Source: Candidatus Helarchaeota archaeon (GTDB lineage: Archaea; Asgardarchaeota; Lokiarchaeia; Helarchaeales; RDOG01). Taken from it: DNA of 64,000 nt. The translations under genes were made by a program, and so were the position numbers. Within the stretch, counting starts at the first letter, position 1, and every line of letters starts with the position of its first letter. Of the stretch, positions 49,441-59,455 are shown piece by piece. The stretch is taken from the NCBI GenBank assembly GCA_019058315.1, contig JAHPZH010000002.1:640001-704000 (forward strand). The letters are read 5' to 3'. Under the pieces are notes generated by a model, which saw nothing but the letters and a program-made list of their open reading frames with translations, made no database searches and had not been told where the DNA came from.

Positions 49441-51111
49441 TTATTGCTTTTTCCTTGTAAACACAAAAATTAGAATTATTAAGAATTCAACTATTGCAAT
49501 GCCACCCAAAACCATTGGACTTAAGAGTAAATTAAGAATTTTTTCAAATAAACTAGGTTGTGATAATCCTACTGCAATTAAAATGGGGGTGAAATCTATT
49601 TCATTTTCGACAATTACACTTTTTCCGTATATATAAAGGTCCCAATCGGTTGTTGCAAAGGTTCTATTATCAGTCCAACAGAATAGAGCAACTCCAGTTG
49701 TGGTTATGCATACAGTAGCATCTTTTTGATTGCTAGTTTCTGTGCATATAGGGGCTCCATTAGTCTTCCATTTTCCAATTCCTTTAGAATTTACTTGTTG
49801 TGCATACACATCAAAATTCGAATAGTTTCCAGTTCTCATATCGCTCCATACAATAACAGCACCCCCATTTCCATCACCACTGATTGCAGTAACATATTGA
49901 TTATCATTCATCGCGCATACCACTGTTGCATTTACACCCCATTTTAAATTTCCATTTGTATCTACGTGCTGTGCAATAATGTCTCCCAAACCACCAGATC
50001 TATCATCACGCCATGCCATTATAGCCCCACCTGCACCATCACTACACATGTGGACATCCCAACACAAGTAGGGGGACAATTGTATTCCGTTATTTGTCCA
50101 TTGAGTCACACCATTTGAATTTATACGCTGTGTGTACACTCTCGTACCCGTTCTTGAATCCATCCAACTAATAACTGCTCCTCCTGCACCATCACTAGTG
50201 ATTTCCACTCCAGTTTGAGATCCACCTGCACTACATATAACGGTACCATTAACGAGCCATTCAGTCAACCCACTTGAATTTATTTTTTGTGCATAAATGT
50301 TATAATTTGTAGGATAAGTTCTATTGTCCTCCCACGCGATTATTGCTCCACCATTTTCATCACTACAGATTTTGGGATACCTATGATGCCCTCCATAAGT
50401 CGCAGTACAAATGGCAATGCCATCCAAAATCCATTGTGCATCACCCGTTCCATTTATCCATTGCACATAGACATCATTTGCATTTAAGGGCGGATTTCTT
50501 GCATCTTCCCAAGTTATAATCGCACCTCCATTACCATCCGTACAAAGTCTAGGATACATTTGAGAACTAGATGCAGTAGATACAGCGACACTAGAGCCCC
50601 AGAGTTTAATTCCATTTGAATCAACTCGTTGTGCGTATATGTCATAACTACCTGTAACATAAACTTGCCAAACAATAACCGCCCCACCTGAGCCATCACT
50701 AATAATTTGAGGATTACTCTCAATATTGACAGTATCGGCAATATTTATGCCATTTAAACTCCATAACATTCTGCCGTCTTCATCGATTCTTTGTGTGTAG
50801 ATGTCACTAAATGTTGAACCTTTATTTCTTTCATCAGACCATACAATAATTGCACCTCCAGATCCATCGCTACACATTTGTGCTACACCGTATACATCGC
50901 CTTGTTCATTAGGAGCATTACAAAGCAAAGTACCATTATTGGGCCATAAACCTGATGGCTGCAAATCTATATTTTTTTGTGGAGATGGTATTGTATTCAT
51001 TGAGACAACTTTGGATTGCATAATGTTCAAGTTTATTAACGGTAATAATGCCAAAATAAGGAAACTGGTAAAAAAAATTGTTAAAAAGGTTTTTTTTTTC
51101 AAATTTATCAA
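49441..51111 (-). CDS. Secreted repeat beta-propeller surface protein with a C-terminal TM anchor
   Basis: Seven repeats of SDGxGGAIIxWxDxR...DIYAQRIxxxG...W..NG; TM segment plus RKKQ tail. Confidence 0.85.
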   Translation of the reverse strand: MINLKKKTFLTIFFTSFLILALLPLINLNIMQSKVVSMNTIPSPQKNIDLQPSGLWPNNGTLLCNAPNEQGDVYGVAQMCSDGSGGAIIVWSDERNKGSTFSDIYTQRIDEDGRMLWSLNGINIADTVNIESNPQIISDGSGGAVIVWQVYVTGSYDIYAQRVDSNGIKLWGSSVAVSTASSSQMYPRLCTDGNGGAIITWEDARNPPLNANDVYVQWINGTGDAQWILDGIAICTATYGGHHRYPKICSDENGGAIIAWEDNRTYPTNYNIYAQKINSSGLTEWLVNGTVICSAGGSQTGVEITSDGAGGAVISWMDSRTGTRVYTQRINSNGVTQWTNNGIQLSPYLCWDVHMCSDGAGGAIMAWRDDRSGGLGDIIAQHVDTNGNLKWGVNATVVCAMNDNQYVTAISGDGNGGAVIVWSDMRTGNYSNFDVYAQQVNSKGIGKWKTNGAPICTETSNQKDATVCITTTGVALFCWTDNRTFATTDWDLYIYGKSVIVENEIDFTPILIAVGLSQPSLFEKILNLLLSPMVLGGIAIVEFLIILIFVFTRKKQ

Positions 51112-51368
51112 CTCATCTTGACTTTGAAAATAAAAACATTTCTTTTCGGAATTTATGTTATCAAGATAATGGTTTATTAAAAAGGCTTTAAAATATATCT
51201 CGAATCAAAAAGATTAAAAGGATGCAAAAGAATGTTTCGGAATTTGAATCTATCTCACCTTTTAAAATGTAATTAATTCACTCAACGGAGAATATTTAAA
51301 AGACTTTTGAGGTATGGATTTTTAAAAGTAAATGTTAAAATACTGAAATAATTTGTGGAAGTATTTAA

Positions 51369-52820
51369 TTGATAAATCATGATTATAACTCTCTATTCAA
51401 ACCAAAAAATATCGCAATAATGGGAGCTTCTAATAATATTCAAACTTTTGGAACTATGCATCTTCTTAATTTGATATCGGGGGGTTATGAAGGTGATATA
51501 ATTCCAATCCATCCAAAACAAGAAAAAATTGCGGGATTGAAAGTATATAAATCAATAAAAGAAGTTCCCACTCAAGTAGATTTGTGCTTAATGGTTTTGC
51601 CTACAAAAATCGTTGTGGAAAAGATACAAGAATGCGGAGAGGCGGGAGTTGGGTCGATTATTATAGTATCAGCAGGATTTAAAGAAATTGGCAATTATGA
51701 AGAAGAGGAAAAAATTCGTAATATTGCAAAAAAATTTAATATTAATGTTGTTGGAGTTAATTGCATTGGAGAAATCATCCCCGCTTCAAAAATAAACATG
51801 ACACCAATACCAATATATCCAGAACCCGGTCATGTGGCTTTGATTTCACAAAGTGGAACGTATGCCTGTCATACGTTAATAAGCAACCAAGATTTAAAAT
51901 TTTCTAAAATCATTAGTCTTGGAAACGAGACATGTCTTGATATCGTGGACTTTTTAGACTATTGTAGAAGTGATGAAGAAACTAAAGTTATCGGCCTTTA
52001 TATAGAAGGAATTAGAAGAGGAAAGGAATTTTTTGAAGCTGCAAGCAAAACTACTCCTAAAAAACCGGTATTAGCCTTGATTATAGGTTCCACTGAAGCT
52101 GGTTCTCGCTCTGCACTTGCCCATACTGGTGCAATAGCCGGGCAATCAAATATTATAAGTTCAATCTTAAAACAAACAGGTATAATTCAAGTAGAAACAG
52201 GACTTGAACTGCTAAATAGTCTCATGTGTCTTTCAAATCAACCAATTCCCAAAGGTAATAGATTTGGTGTTATCACAGTTGGTGGTGGTCCTGGAACTGT
52301 TTTTGCTGATTTATTAGAAAAAAATAACGTAAAAGTTCCAAAATTATCCGAAGAACTGCAAGAGAAACTCCGAAATACCCTACCTGAAACTGCAGGAGTA
52401 TCCAATCCCATTGACATTACTTTTGATAGAGATTGGGGAAATTTATTCAAAAAAGTTCCCAAACTCCTGTTAAAATCTCCAGAGATTGATGGGATAGTCT
52501 TATATGGTATATTTGGGATGGGTTTTTTTAGCAAAATTATAGAAGGATCTCCTATCGATTTATCTTTCATGAAATATAATGAAGAAATGGCAGATATGTT
52601 TAAATCAGTTGTCTCAAAAGAATTAAAGGGTTTGATTAATCTTGGTAAAAAATATAACAAACCAATAATAGGATCATCAGTTTTTAGAAGAAATGATGAC
52701 TTCATCATTAAATTTTGCCAAGATAATGGGTTACCAGTTTTTGTATTGGAAGATTCGATAAAACCAGTTATAAATATGGTTAAATATGCAGAATGGAAGA
52801 AAAAATTAGCGAAAAATTAG
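51369..52820 (+). CDS. acdA: ADP-forming acetate/acyl-CoA ligase alpha subunit
   Basis: LFKPKNIAIMGAS, SAGFKE, GVNCIG, ISQSG, SLGNE, phospho-His motif AHTGA and SNPIDIT. Confidence 0.88.
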   Translation: MINHDYNSLFKPKNIAIMGASNNIQTFGTMHLLNLISGGYEGDIIPIHPKQEKIAGLKVYKSIKEVPTQVDLCLMVLPTKIVVEKIQECGEAGVGSIIIVSAGFKEIGNYEEEEKIRNIAKKFNINVVGVNCIGEIIPASKINMTPIPIYPEPGHVALISQSGTYACHTLISNQDLKFSKIISLGNETCLDIVDFLDYCRSDEETKVIGLYIEGIRRGKEFFEAASKTTPKKPVLALIIGSTEAGSRSALAHTGAIAGQSNIISSILKQTGIIQVETGLELLNSLMCLSNQPIPKGNRFGVITVGGGPGTVFADLLEKNNVKVPKLSEELQEKLRNTLPETAGVSNPIDITFDRDWGNLFKKVPKLLLKSPEIDGIVLYGIFGMGFFSKIIEGSPIDLSFMKYNEEMADMFKSVVSKELKGLINLGKKYNKPIIGSSVFRRNDDFIIKFCQDNGLPVFVLEDSIKPVINMVKYAEWKKKLAKN

Positions 52821-52858
52821 TGAAATATACACACCAAAAATGAGGTGGGGTAATTTAC

Positions 52859-53368
52859 TTACCATTTATTTATATTGGATTTATCTAATACACCATAATT
52901 GAAAATTATATCTGTTAGGATAAGTTTAATTGTTCCTTTATATTCGTTTTGCTCAAAATTATCAAATTCTGTGATTTTTTTCTCCCATTTTTCACCGCTT
53001 TGTAGAGTTAAATGTTCATTTCGGTATTCTATTTCAATTCCACCATTTTCATAAATATTTAAAACTGTTAATTGAGGAGTATCATAACCTTGACTCGTAA
53101 ATGGTAATTTATAAATACCAAACAATCTTGTTGAAATTCCCGCACCAACATCACCAGAGAAACTTCTACCATCACCATAAATTGCTATCAAGTTCTTATT
53201 AATTTTAAAATCCATTTGTCCCTGAAGAATTCTTGAATCTTTATCTAACTTATAAGTTGGAAAATCAATTAGAGCACATGGATAATTTCCATCTATTATT
53301 TCTCCAGTGGTTAGAATATGGTGATCGATAAAAGTAATAGATTGAGGATTTATTTTCAATTTATTCAC
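52859..53368 (-). CDS. Hypothetical protein
   Basis: 169-codon ORF directly downstream of the FGE-sulfatase gene; beta-rich. Confidence 0.6.
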   Translation of the reverse strand: MNKLKINPQSITFIDHHILTTGEIIDGNYPCALIDFPTYKLDKDSRILQGQMDFKINKNLIAIYGDGRSFSGDVGAGISTRLFGIYKLPFTSQGYDTPQLTVLNIYENGGIEIEYRNEHLTLQSGEKWEKKITEFDNFEQNEYKGTIKLILTDIIFNYGVLDKSNINKW

Positions 53369-53371
53369 ATT

Positions 53372-54358
53372 TTATGATGTATAAATAATATCTTTAAGAT
53401 TTTTAACCAAGCGAATATTACATCCATATTCACATTCTACATCAGTAGCACGATTTGCAGATATCATTAAGAGCCATTCACCACAATCTTGCCAAGGATA
53501 AATATTTGCGGCTCCACCTCTAACGATTCGGTTTTCACTATCACCCGACCAACTTGATCCATCACTAGGAGCGTTTTCGTAATTAGGGTGCCAATTATCA
53601 GTACAAACTTCCGCAAATGCTCCCATGTCTACAAGACCAAATCCATTGCTATATTTGTCATTTTCTTCATCGTCATCATATGTTCCAATCCATTCGCTCC
53701 CATCAGGTATTGTATTCCCCCAGTAGAATATCGATTTTGTTCCTGCTCTATATGAATATTCCCATTGAGCTTCGGATGGCAAATCACATCCAGTTTTTTT
53801 AAGTAACTCATCAATTTCGTCCAAGAATAACGCAGCTTGATCTGTTTCCAGTCTATTGCCTTCTTCATCTATCTTGATTAACTTTCTTACCTCATCAAGC
53901 AATATCGGAAATTTAGAAATCAAAAATGGTTCCAATTTGACTTCGTGGACGGGTCGCATCGACTCCACATTATCCAAGTACTCTTCAATGAATTCTTCCT
54001 CAATATTTGGTTCAATGGTTCCTGATTCAATTTCCTCACCATCTTCATCCGTCAATGTGAAACTAGCGCCGCCTAAACCACTATCTTTAGGTTCGATTTG
54101 GCGTAACGCCTGCTCTTCACTTTCTGAAAAACCCATTTGAAATTTCCCACCCGGAATCAAATTAAATAAAAATCCAGTTGCTTTCTGTTTAAATGTGGCA
54201 ATGCGTATGGCGTTACTCTTCTTCCCAAATGATTTTACATAAGATAATTCAAATTCTTTTTCAAGTTTAGAGAGCAGTTGATTAATAATTTCATCTTGTT
54301 GTTTTTCATTAGCTGCCTTCCATTCATTTAAATCCATTAAAATGTCGAATTTTACCAT
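53372..54358 (-). CDS. FGE-sulfatase (SUMF1, C-type lectin-like fold) domain protein
   Basis: LIPGGKFQMG, PVHEV, LPSEAQWEY, NGFGLVDM, DNWHPNYENAPSDGSSW and RIVRGG. Confidence 0.88.
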   Translation of the reverse strand: MVKFDILMDLNEWKAANEKQQDEIINQLLSKLEKEFELSYVKSFGKKSNAIRIATFKQKATGFLFNLIPGGKFQMGFSESEEQALRQIEPKDSGLGGASFTLTDEDGEEIESGTIEPNIEEEFIEEYLDNVESMRPVHEVKLEPFLISKFPILLDEVRKLIKIDEEGNRLETDQAALFLDEIDELLKKTGCDLPSEAQWEYSYRAGTKSIFYWGNTIPDGSEWIGTYDDDEENDKYSNGFGLVDMGAFAEVCTDNWHPNYENAPSDGSSWSGDSENRIVRGGAANIYPWQDCGEWLLMISANRATDVECEYGCNIRLVKNLKDIIYTS

Positions 54359-54424
54359 TTTAAATCACTTTAATTCTATTTATGATATGGATACATTTTT
54401 CAATTCCCTTTAAATACTTCTTTC

Positions 54425-54505
54425 AAATATTAAAAAAAATTTGATTCCTATCTAAGATTTCAAGAAATTTAAGCGAAGTTACCAAAATGTGTTATTTCTT
54501 ATTGA
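54425..54505 (+). repeat. Copy of the 3' end of the LRR gene 56465..57289 (direct repeat)
   Basis: 54459-54505 matches 57243-57289 at 45 of 47 nt, including the TGA stop. Confidence 0.85.
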
Positions 54506-54538
54506 GTTTTTCTTGATTGAACTATTTCTGGTCTAATT

Positions 54539-56338
54539 CTAGAATTTATATTTTTTGATTTTATTTTGAAGAAAAAGAGTTGTTGCTTTTAATGGATTTA
54601 CATGCAGGAAACGGGGTGGATAAATGCGAATTTCACAAGAATTTCTGGTGGGTAAATTTCCAGGACAATAAACTATTGCGTTTCCTACCTTCAATGTAAA
54701 AAGATCTTTTTTTAGCGTTGTAGGTATACTGACCGTGTCAATATCTGCTTTAGACCCTCGAAATAAAACTAACGAGTTTGATTGTTCGACCACGTTGGGA
54801 TTTAATTTTCTGAGACTTTGAGATGCAGATATCAATGAAACCATGTATTTGCGTCCTTCTGTTGCTAAAATTGTAAATTCTTCATTAATATATTTTCCAA
54901 AAATGTTCAAATACCCGCTTGCCCCATATTTATATGGAATTAATTCATGAGCTTCATCTATGATTACTACACTCTGCTTTTTTAAAAAATCTTCAAGCTT
55001 ATCCTTATTTGCAGCTTGTGTCTTATAATGTATGATTTTTGAGATTAAGGAGAACAATAAAATTGTTCGCAATTGTTCATATCCCCGTATTCGAGGCAAG
55101 TAGAAAAACACAATCTTTTTGTTTAAAATCTCTCTAATATTTGGTTCGCTCACCATGTCGAATATTTGAGCTGCTTGAAAATTTGATAATTCTCTAATTA
55201 GATTTTGTGCCGTGGGCTTGCTTGATTTTATTTCGTATGAACTATTTGAATTGAAAGTCCAAATAACTTGATTCTTATCCTCTTCATTACTTTCCTTGAT
55301 CCACTTGTAAAAATTTTCGAAGTTGAATTCGCTATTTATTTCCATATAGACTTTAAAAAGATTCTTAAGAACGTCTTGAGCTTTATTCGTGAGATTTGGT
55401 AAATAAATGCAGAGCTCTTCGCCTGTTTTGATATTTTTCGAATCTTTACCATAATCTTCCCACGGAAAAATCTTTAAAAAACCTTCAACATTAATAAAAA
55501 AGGGCTTGTAAAAACTCATGTCCCGAATCATGAGAATATCATCTAAACCCTCAAATTTTAAATTTAAATCTTGTAAAAGGAGTTTTGTGCTGGGATCGCT
55601 GTATTCTTCCGGCATCGCTTTCATTATTTGACAGAGATCACCTTGAGTATCGATTACTATTAGATTAGTATCCTCCTTTATGAGTTCTAGAATAATATTT
55701 TTTAATAAAATGCTCTTTCCTTGCCCTGTCATACCCCCAATAGCAAGGTGTTTTGAGATAAAAGATCTATTGAGTATATATTTAACTGGAATATCTTGGA
55801 TTCTCATAATGTCGTCTTTATCACATATTATTCCAAGTGAAATACCCTCAGATGGTGTGGGTAGCCCATTAATTTCAAGAATTTCTTCTGTTAATGCTTG
55901 AAATACTGGTGATCCAGGTGTCGGAAGGATTTTAATACGACGGAAATCTCGGAGCGAAACCCCATGCGAGTTCAGAAGGCGTACTTTGAGTAGTGCAGTC
56001 CCTTCCTTATAATCCGATTTGGTCATGATATAATCCTCTACTATACCAGAAAGAATCTCATTCCCTCCTTCTTCGTATACCAAGATATACTGTTCTAATT
56101 GTGGAAGATAATCTTCATTTTCTCTAGAAATAGCCACGTAAATGTTCTCAAAACCCTTAATTGGTGCTGTAACTGCACCCACTGGAGTCCGACCCTCAAA
56201 ACGCTCCGATTTCGTGGTAAATTTCTTCTTATCCACCCACATCTTTAACTTTTTCAATGCAATGTTCATATAATCTATGATCTCAGCATTATCATGATCT
56301 TCCAAATCAAAAACCTCTTTTTTAAATAGAAAATCCAC
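54539..56338 (-). CDS. HerA/FtsK-superfamily (DUF87) ATPase
   Basis: KHLAIGGMTGQGKS Walker A, VIDTQGD, VIIDEAHE Walker B, EGRKY arginine finger and ASQ; HAS-barrel-like N-terminus. Confidence 0.88.
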   Translation of the reverse strand: MDFLFKKEVFDLEDHDNAEIIDYMNIALKKLKMWVDKKKFTTKSERFEGRTPVGAVTAPIKGFENIYVAISRENEDYLPQLEQYILVYEEGGNEILSGIVEDYIMTKSDYKEGTALLKVRLLNSHGVSLRDFRRIKILPTPGSPVFQALTEEILEINGLPTPSEGISLGIICDKDDIMRIQDIPVKYILNRSFISKHLAIGGMTGQGKSILLKNIILELIKEDTNLIVIDTQGDLCQIMKAMPEEYSDPSTKLLLQDLNLKFEGLDDILMIRDMSFYKPFFINVEGFLKIFPWEDYGKDSKNIKTGEELCIYLPNLTNKAQDVLKNLFKVYMEINSEFNFENFYKWIKESNEEDKNQVIWTFNSNSSYEIKSSKPTAQNLIRELSNFQAAQIFDMVSEPNIREILNKKIVFFYLPRIRGYEQLRTILLFSLISKIIHYKTQAANKDKLEDFLKKQSVVIIDEAHELIPYKYGASGYLNIFGKYINEEFTILATEGRKYMVSLISASQSLRKLNPNVVEQSNSLVLFRGSKADIDTVSIPTTLKKDLFTLKVGNAIVYCPGNLPTRNSCEIRIYPPRFLHVNPLKATTLFLQNKIKKYKF

Positions 56339-56464
56339 ATATTTTGATGTTATTATTCTGGCAAATCTTGAAATTTTCTCAATTAATAAAATTGATTTAG
56401 ATAAAAAAATTAAAAGTATTAATTCTTATTTCGTATTAATTAAAAAACTACTAATGGTTGTTTT

Positions 56465-57289
56465 ATGCCTACAAAAAATATTGATATTTCTTATGAAAAT
56501 AAAGAGGACCAAATAATTTTGGGAAGTCTCCACACAATTTCTACGTTTTTATGTGCAAAGGGAAGTTTTAACCATAAACCTGCTCTTAAAAAAGTAGATC
56601 CCTCCATAGATTTTGATAAATTTGAAGTTTTAATTAAAAAAATCGAAAGAAGTATGATTGGATTTCGTAGAGGAATATTACCTATAGAGTTGAATTATAA
56701 GGATGAGAAGCAAAGAGAAACATTAAAACCTGTAATTAAAGAGATAGCAAAATTTATGGATAAAATTGTAAAATCTGGTCAGAAGGCATTTTTCAAAGAA
56801 GTTGATCGGATTTATGAACATATTATATGCTCTGTTCCCAATGCTATAGAGTATCTAGCGTTGGACCAAGAATTAGATAATCCAGAGGAAGTATATATTG
56901 TAAATATGGGTGATTTAGGTGTTTCTGGTCAATATGATTACCTTTATTCATTGTTAAGTCATTTACCACAATTTCCAAATTTACAAGCTATATTTCTCTA
57001 TGGTTGCTATTTGCGAAATTATGATATCCAAAATATCGAATTCAGCAAATTTCAGGACTTGCGATTATTAGATTTTTCTCAATGTTCTCTTGACTATATT
57101 CCAAAATCAATTTTAAAATGTAAGAAATTAGAAGATCTTAGTTTCTATGAAAACAAATTAAATACCCTTCCCGACGAATTAGGTGAATTAAAAACTTTAA
57201 AAAAATTAAATATTAAGATAAACTCGATTCCTAATCAAAAAATTCAAGAAATTCAAGCGAAGTTACCAAAATGTATTATTTCTTATTGA
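56465..57289 (+). CDS. Protein with C-terminal leucine-rich repeats
   Basis: LRLLDFSQCSLDYIPKSI, LEDLSFYENKLNTLPDELGEL and cap IQAKLPKCIISY. Confidence 0.8.
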   Translation: MPTKNIDISYENKEDQIILGSLHTISTFLCAKGSFNHKPALKKVDPSIDFDKFEVLIKKIERSMIGFRRGILPIELNYKDEKQRETLKPVIKEIAKFMDKIVKSGQKAFFKEVDRIYEHIICSVPNAIEYLALDQELDNPEEVYIVNMGDLGVSGQYDYLYSLLSHLPQFPNLQAIFLYGCYLRNYDIQNIEFSKFQDLRLLDFSQCSLDYIPKSILKCKKLEDLSFYENKLNTLPDELGELKTLKKLNIKINSIPNQKIQEIQAKLPKCIISY

Positions 57290-57386
57290 TTTTTATTAAT
57301 ATAACTAATTTTTGAATAAATCAATTTTTTGAAAAAAAATTAAAATTAAATTATAAGTAAAAAATACTTTTTGATGCCAATAACTT

Positions 57387-58118
57387 TCAAGTTCTAAGCA
57401 TCCTGCCACAATATTCACATTGACATGGTGGTTTTTTTGGTAATGGTGCTTTACAAGCAGGACAGATCGAAATTTTAGGTCTTGATTTATATTTTTTCTT
57501 CCTTTTAAATTGATAACTTCTATAATTAGTATATACTGGTGAATGTGATTTAAAAGTTTGTTTTACTTTAAAAGTAATTATTAAGATGGCAAAGATTAAA
57601 ACGATACCAACAATAATTCCAATTAAAATAAACCTATTTTGTTTACGAGTAATAGAATCATCAAACAATTCTGGAAATAAAATAAACGGTAGTAATAAAT
57701 TGAACAATCTGGGGCTATTTACATGTCCCGAAATCGCTCTCCCTATGGTAGAAGTTGTCCCAAACTCAACAGGTTTGTCATTAACAAGAGCCCACACATC
57801 CAAATAACCAGCAGCTGTCATTGTAAAAGATAAATCACATGTTAATGCATCACCTTTAAAGTTTCGACTCCCAGTTCCGCTTCCAGAAAATCCTTCTATA
57901 GTGCAACTTCCACTCCAAGCAGTATTTGAATTGATAAAAACTATATAATCTGATTTTGCAAGATCTACACAAAATTGCATTGCCAAAAGTTTTAAAATAT
58001 CACTATCTTTTATCTCTGGATAATTTTGAACTGATATACTAATAATACTTACTGTTGAAACACTAATTATTGCTATTATCCCCAACGTTATATATTTCGA
58101 CCTTTTATTCATTAACAA
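57387..58118 (-). CDS. Membrane protein with a small extracellular domain and a C-terminal zinc finger
   Basis: N-terminal and internal TM segments; CPAC...CEYCG at the C-terminus. Confidence 0.68.
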   Translation of the reverse strand: MLMNKRSKYITLGIIAIISVSTVSIISISVQNYPEIKDSDILKLLAMQFCVDLAKSDYIVFINSNTAWSGSCTIEGFSGSGTGSRNFKGDALTCDLSFTMTAAGYLDVWALVNDKPVEFGTTSTIGRAISGHVNSPRLFNLLLPFILFPELFDDSITRKQNRFILIGIIVGIVLIFAILIITFKVKQTFKSHSPVYTNYRSYQFKRKKKYKSRPKISICPACKAPLPKKPPCQCEYCGRMLRT

Positions 58119-58373
58119 CCCTCATTCAAATGTAAAATTTTTATTTAATTTAAAAATTTTGATTTTGGCAAGAATTAAATGAAATTTTTTTGAAATTTCA
58201 GTTAAATTAGATGAAGAGAGATACCATTATTCTTAATTTGAAATATATCAGTGGAAATAAAGATTTATAATAAAAATAAAATAGGTTAGATTAATTCAGC
58301 TCAATCTAACACAAAACCAAATAAATTGAATCAAATTCCAATAAAATTTCAGATTTCTTCGATTTTAAAATAT

Positions 58374-58628
58374 ACAAATTTAGCGTGATGAATTTGATCC
58401 CGTTGGGCTCGCCCATAGTCCTGAAATGGAAAAGCGAACAAGTGAGCCTTAATCATGATCATTAAGCTTTTTATCAATTAATTTTTAATCTTTAAAGCAT
58501 CCCAACAGCCTCAGTGTACCGGACTCGAACCGGTTGACCTAACAAGGGTTCCGGGTGTGCCTTTCAATTCCAAGATCCACGGTTTAATCTTCATTACTCA
58601 TAATAACTTGCTTATAAGCCAAATCTGC
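58374..58628 (-). ncRNA. Candidate 255-nt structured RNA with a tRNA-like T-arm, immediately 3' of the DIP1984-family gene
   Basis: Terminal 11-bp helix GCAGAUUUGGC/GCUAAAUUUGU; nested helices GAUCUUG/CGGGAUC, GUUGGG/CCCAAC and GCUCACUUGU/AUGGGCGAGC; perfect T-arm ACCGG-UUCGAGU-CCGGU at 58518-58534; GC-rich relative to flanks. Confidence 0.7.
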
Positions 58629-59090
58629 TTATTTTTCCAATAATTCAGTTTCCCAATTTCTAGATTGAAGAATTTTATCGAGGTCTGCTTTCTTTTTTTC
58701 CATTTGGGCAATTAATTTAGCAATTTCATCTTGTTTTATTTGTGGGATGTATTCTACAGCTTGACCACCAAGATATACAGGACCTTTAGGTTTTAATGTT
58801 TCATATTGTGATAATTCCGACCGTAAATCTCCGATCATCAATATTAATTCCATTAATGAAATTTCCTTACCATCAACTTGAAGCTTAATGTTTGTATTCG
58901 TTCTATTTATCCTCACTTTAATGTCTCTTATTTCATCAATGAGATCATTAATCTCCTTGTTTACTTTATCAAATACGACATCAATGGTTTTATTCTCTAA
59001 TACATTAAATGTATCATATCTTAATCTATTTAATCGATTGAGTTTGCTTTGCATGATTTTTAACTCTTGTAGTGCTGCACCTAGCAACAT
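58629..59090 (-). CDS. DIP1984 (DUF6847/septicolysin-like) family helical protein
   Basis: MLLGAAL...RINRTN...ISLMELI...LDKILQSRNWETELLE pattern. AAGGAG Shine-Dalgarno sequence supports the ATG at 59090 rather than 59129. Confidence 0.78.
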   Translation of the reverse strand: MLLGAALQELKIMQSKLNRLNRLRYDTFNVLENKTIDVVFDKVNKEINDLIDEIRDIKVRINRTNTNIKLQVDGKEISLMELILMIGDLRSELSQYETLKPKGPVYLGGQAVEYIPQIKQDEIAKLIAQMEKKKADLDKILQSRNWETELLEK

Positions 59091-59455
59091 TTGATCCAAC
59101 TCCTTAAATCTTTCAATTTCGTAATTCATAAATTTAGTATATTGATAATCAAGGGTTATTTATAAATCTGTAGATTTTAATAGAAAGCTAATTTATTTGA
59201 ATCAAATGATATCATTAATTTGGTTCGTTAAATGAAAAATTGAACAATATATCGTCAATATCGGACATTTTAGTCTTCATCAATAATTAAAAATTATATT
59301 TTATCAGTATAAAATGTTTAAAAAGAATTTTCTTTTGAATTAAAAAATTATAAAGAATAAAAGAATTATAATATATAATATATTAATTGATTTTTTTTTA
59401 ATTATTAATTTTAAAATTTTTAATAATATTACAAATAATGTAGGAGGTAAAAACA

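Noticed and set aside
53372-54358. Diversity-generating retroelement target
   Set aside because: The FGE-sulfatase/CLec fold is a typical DGR target, but I found no template repeat of its 3' end and no reverse transcriptase in the window.
58500-58580. A complete tRNA gene (including tRNA-Sec)
   Set aside because: Only the T-arm is canonical; no acceptor stem pairing with ACACUGA and no anticodon arm could be built.
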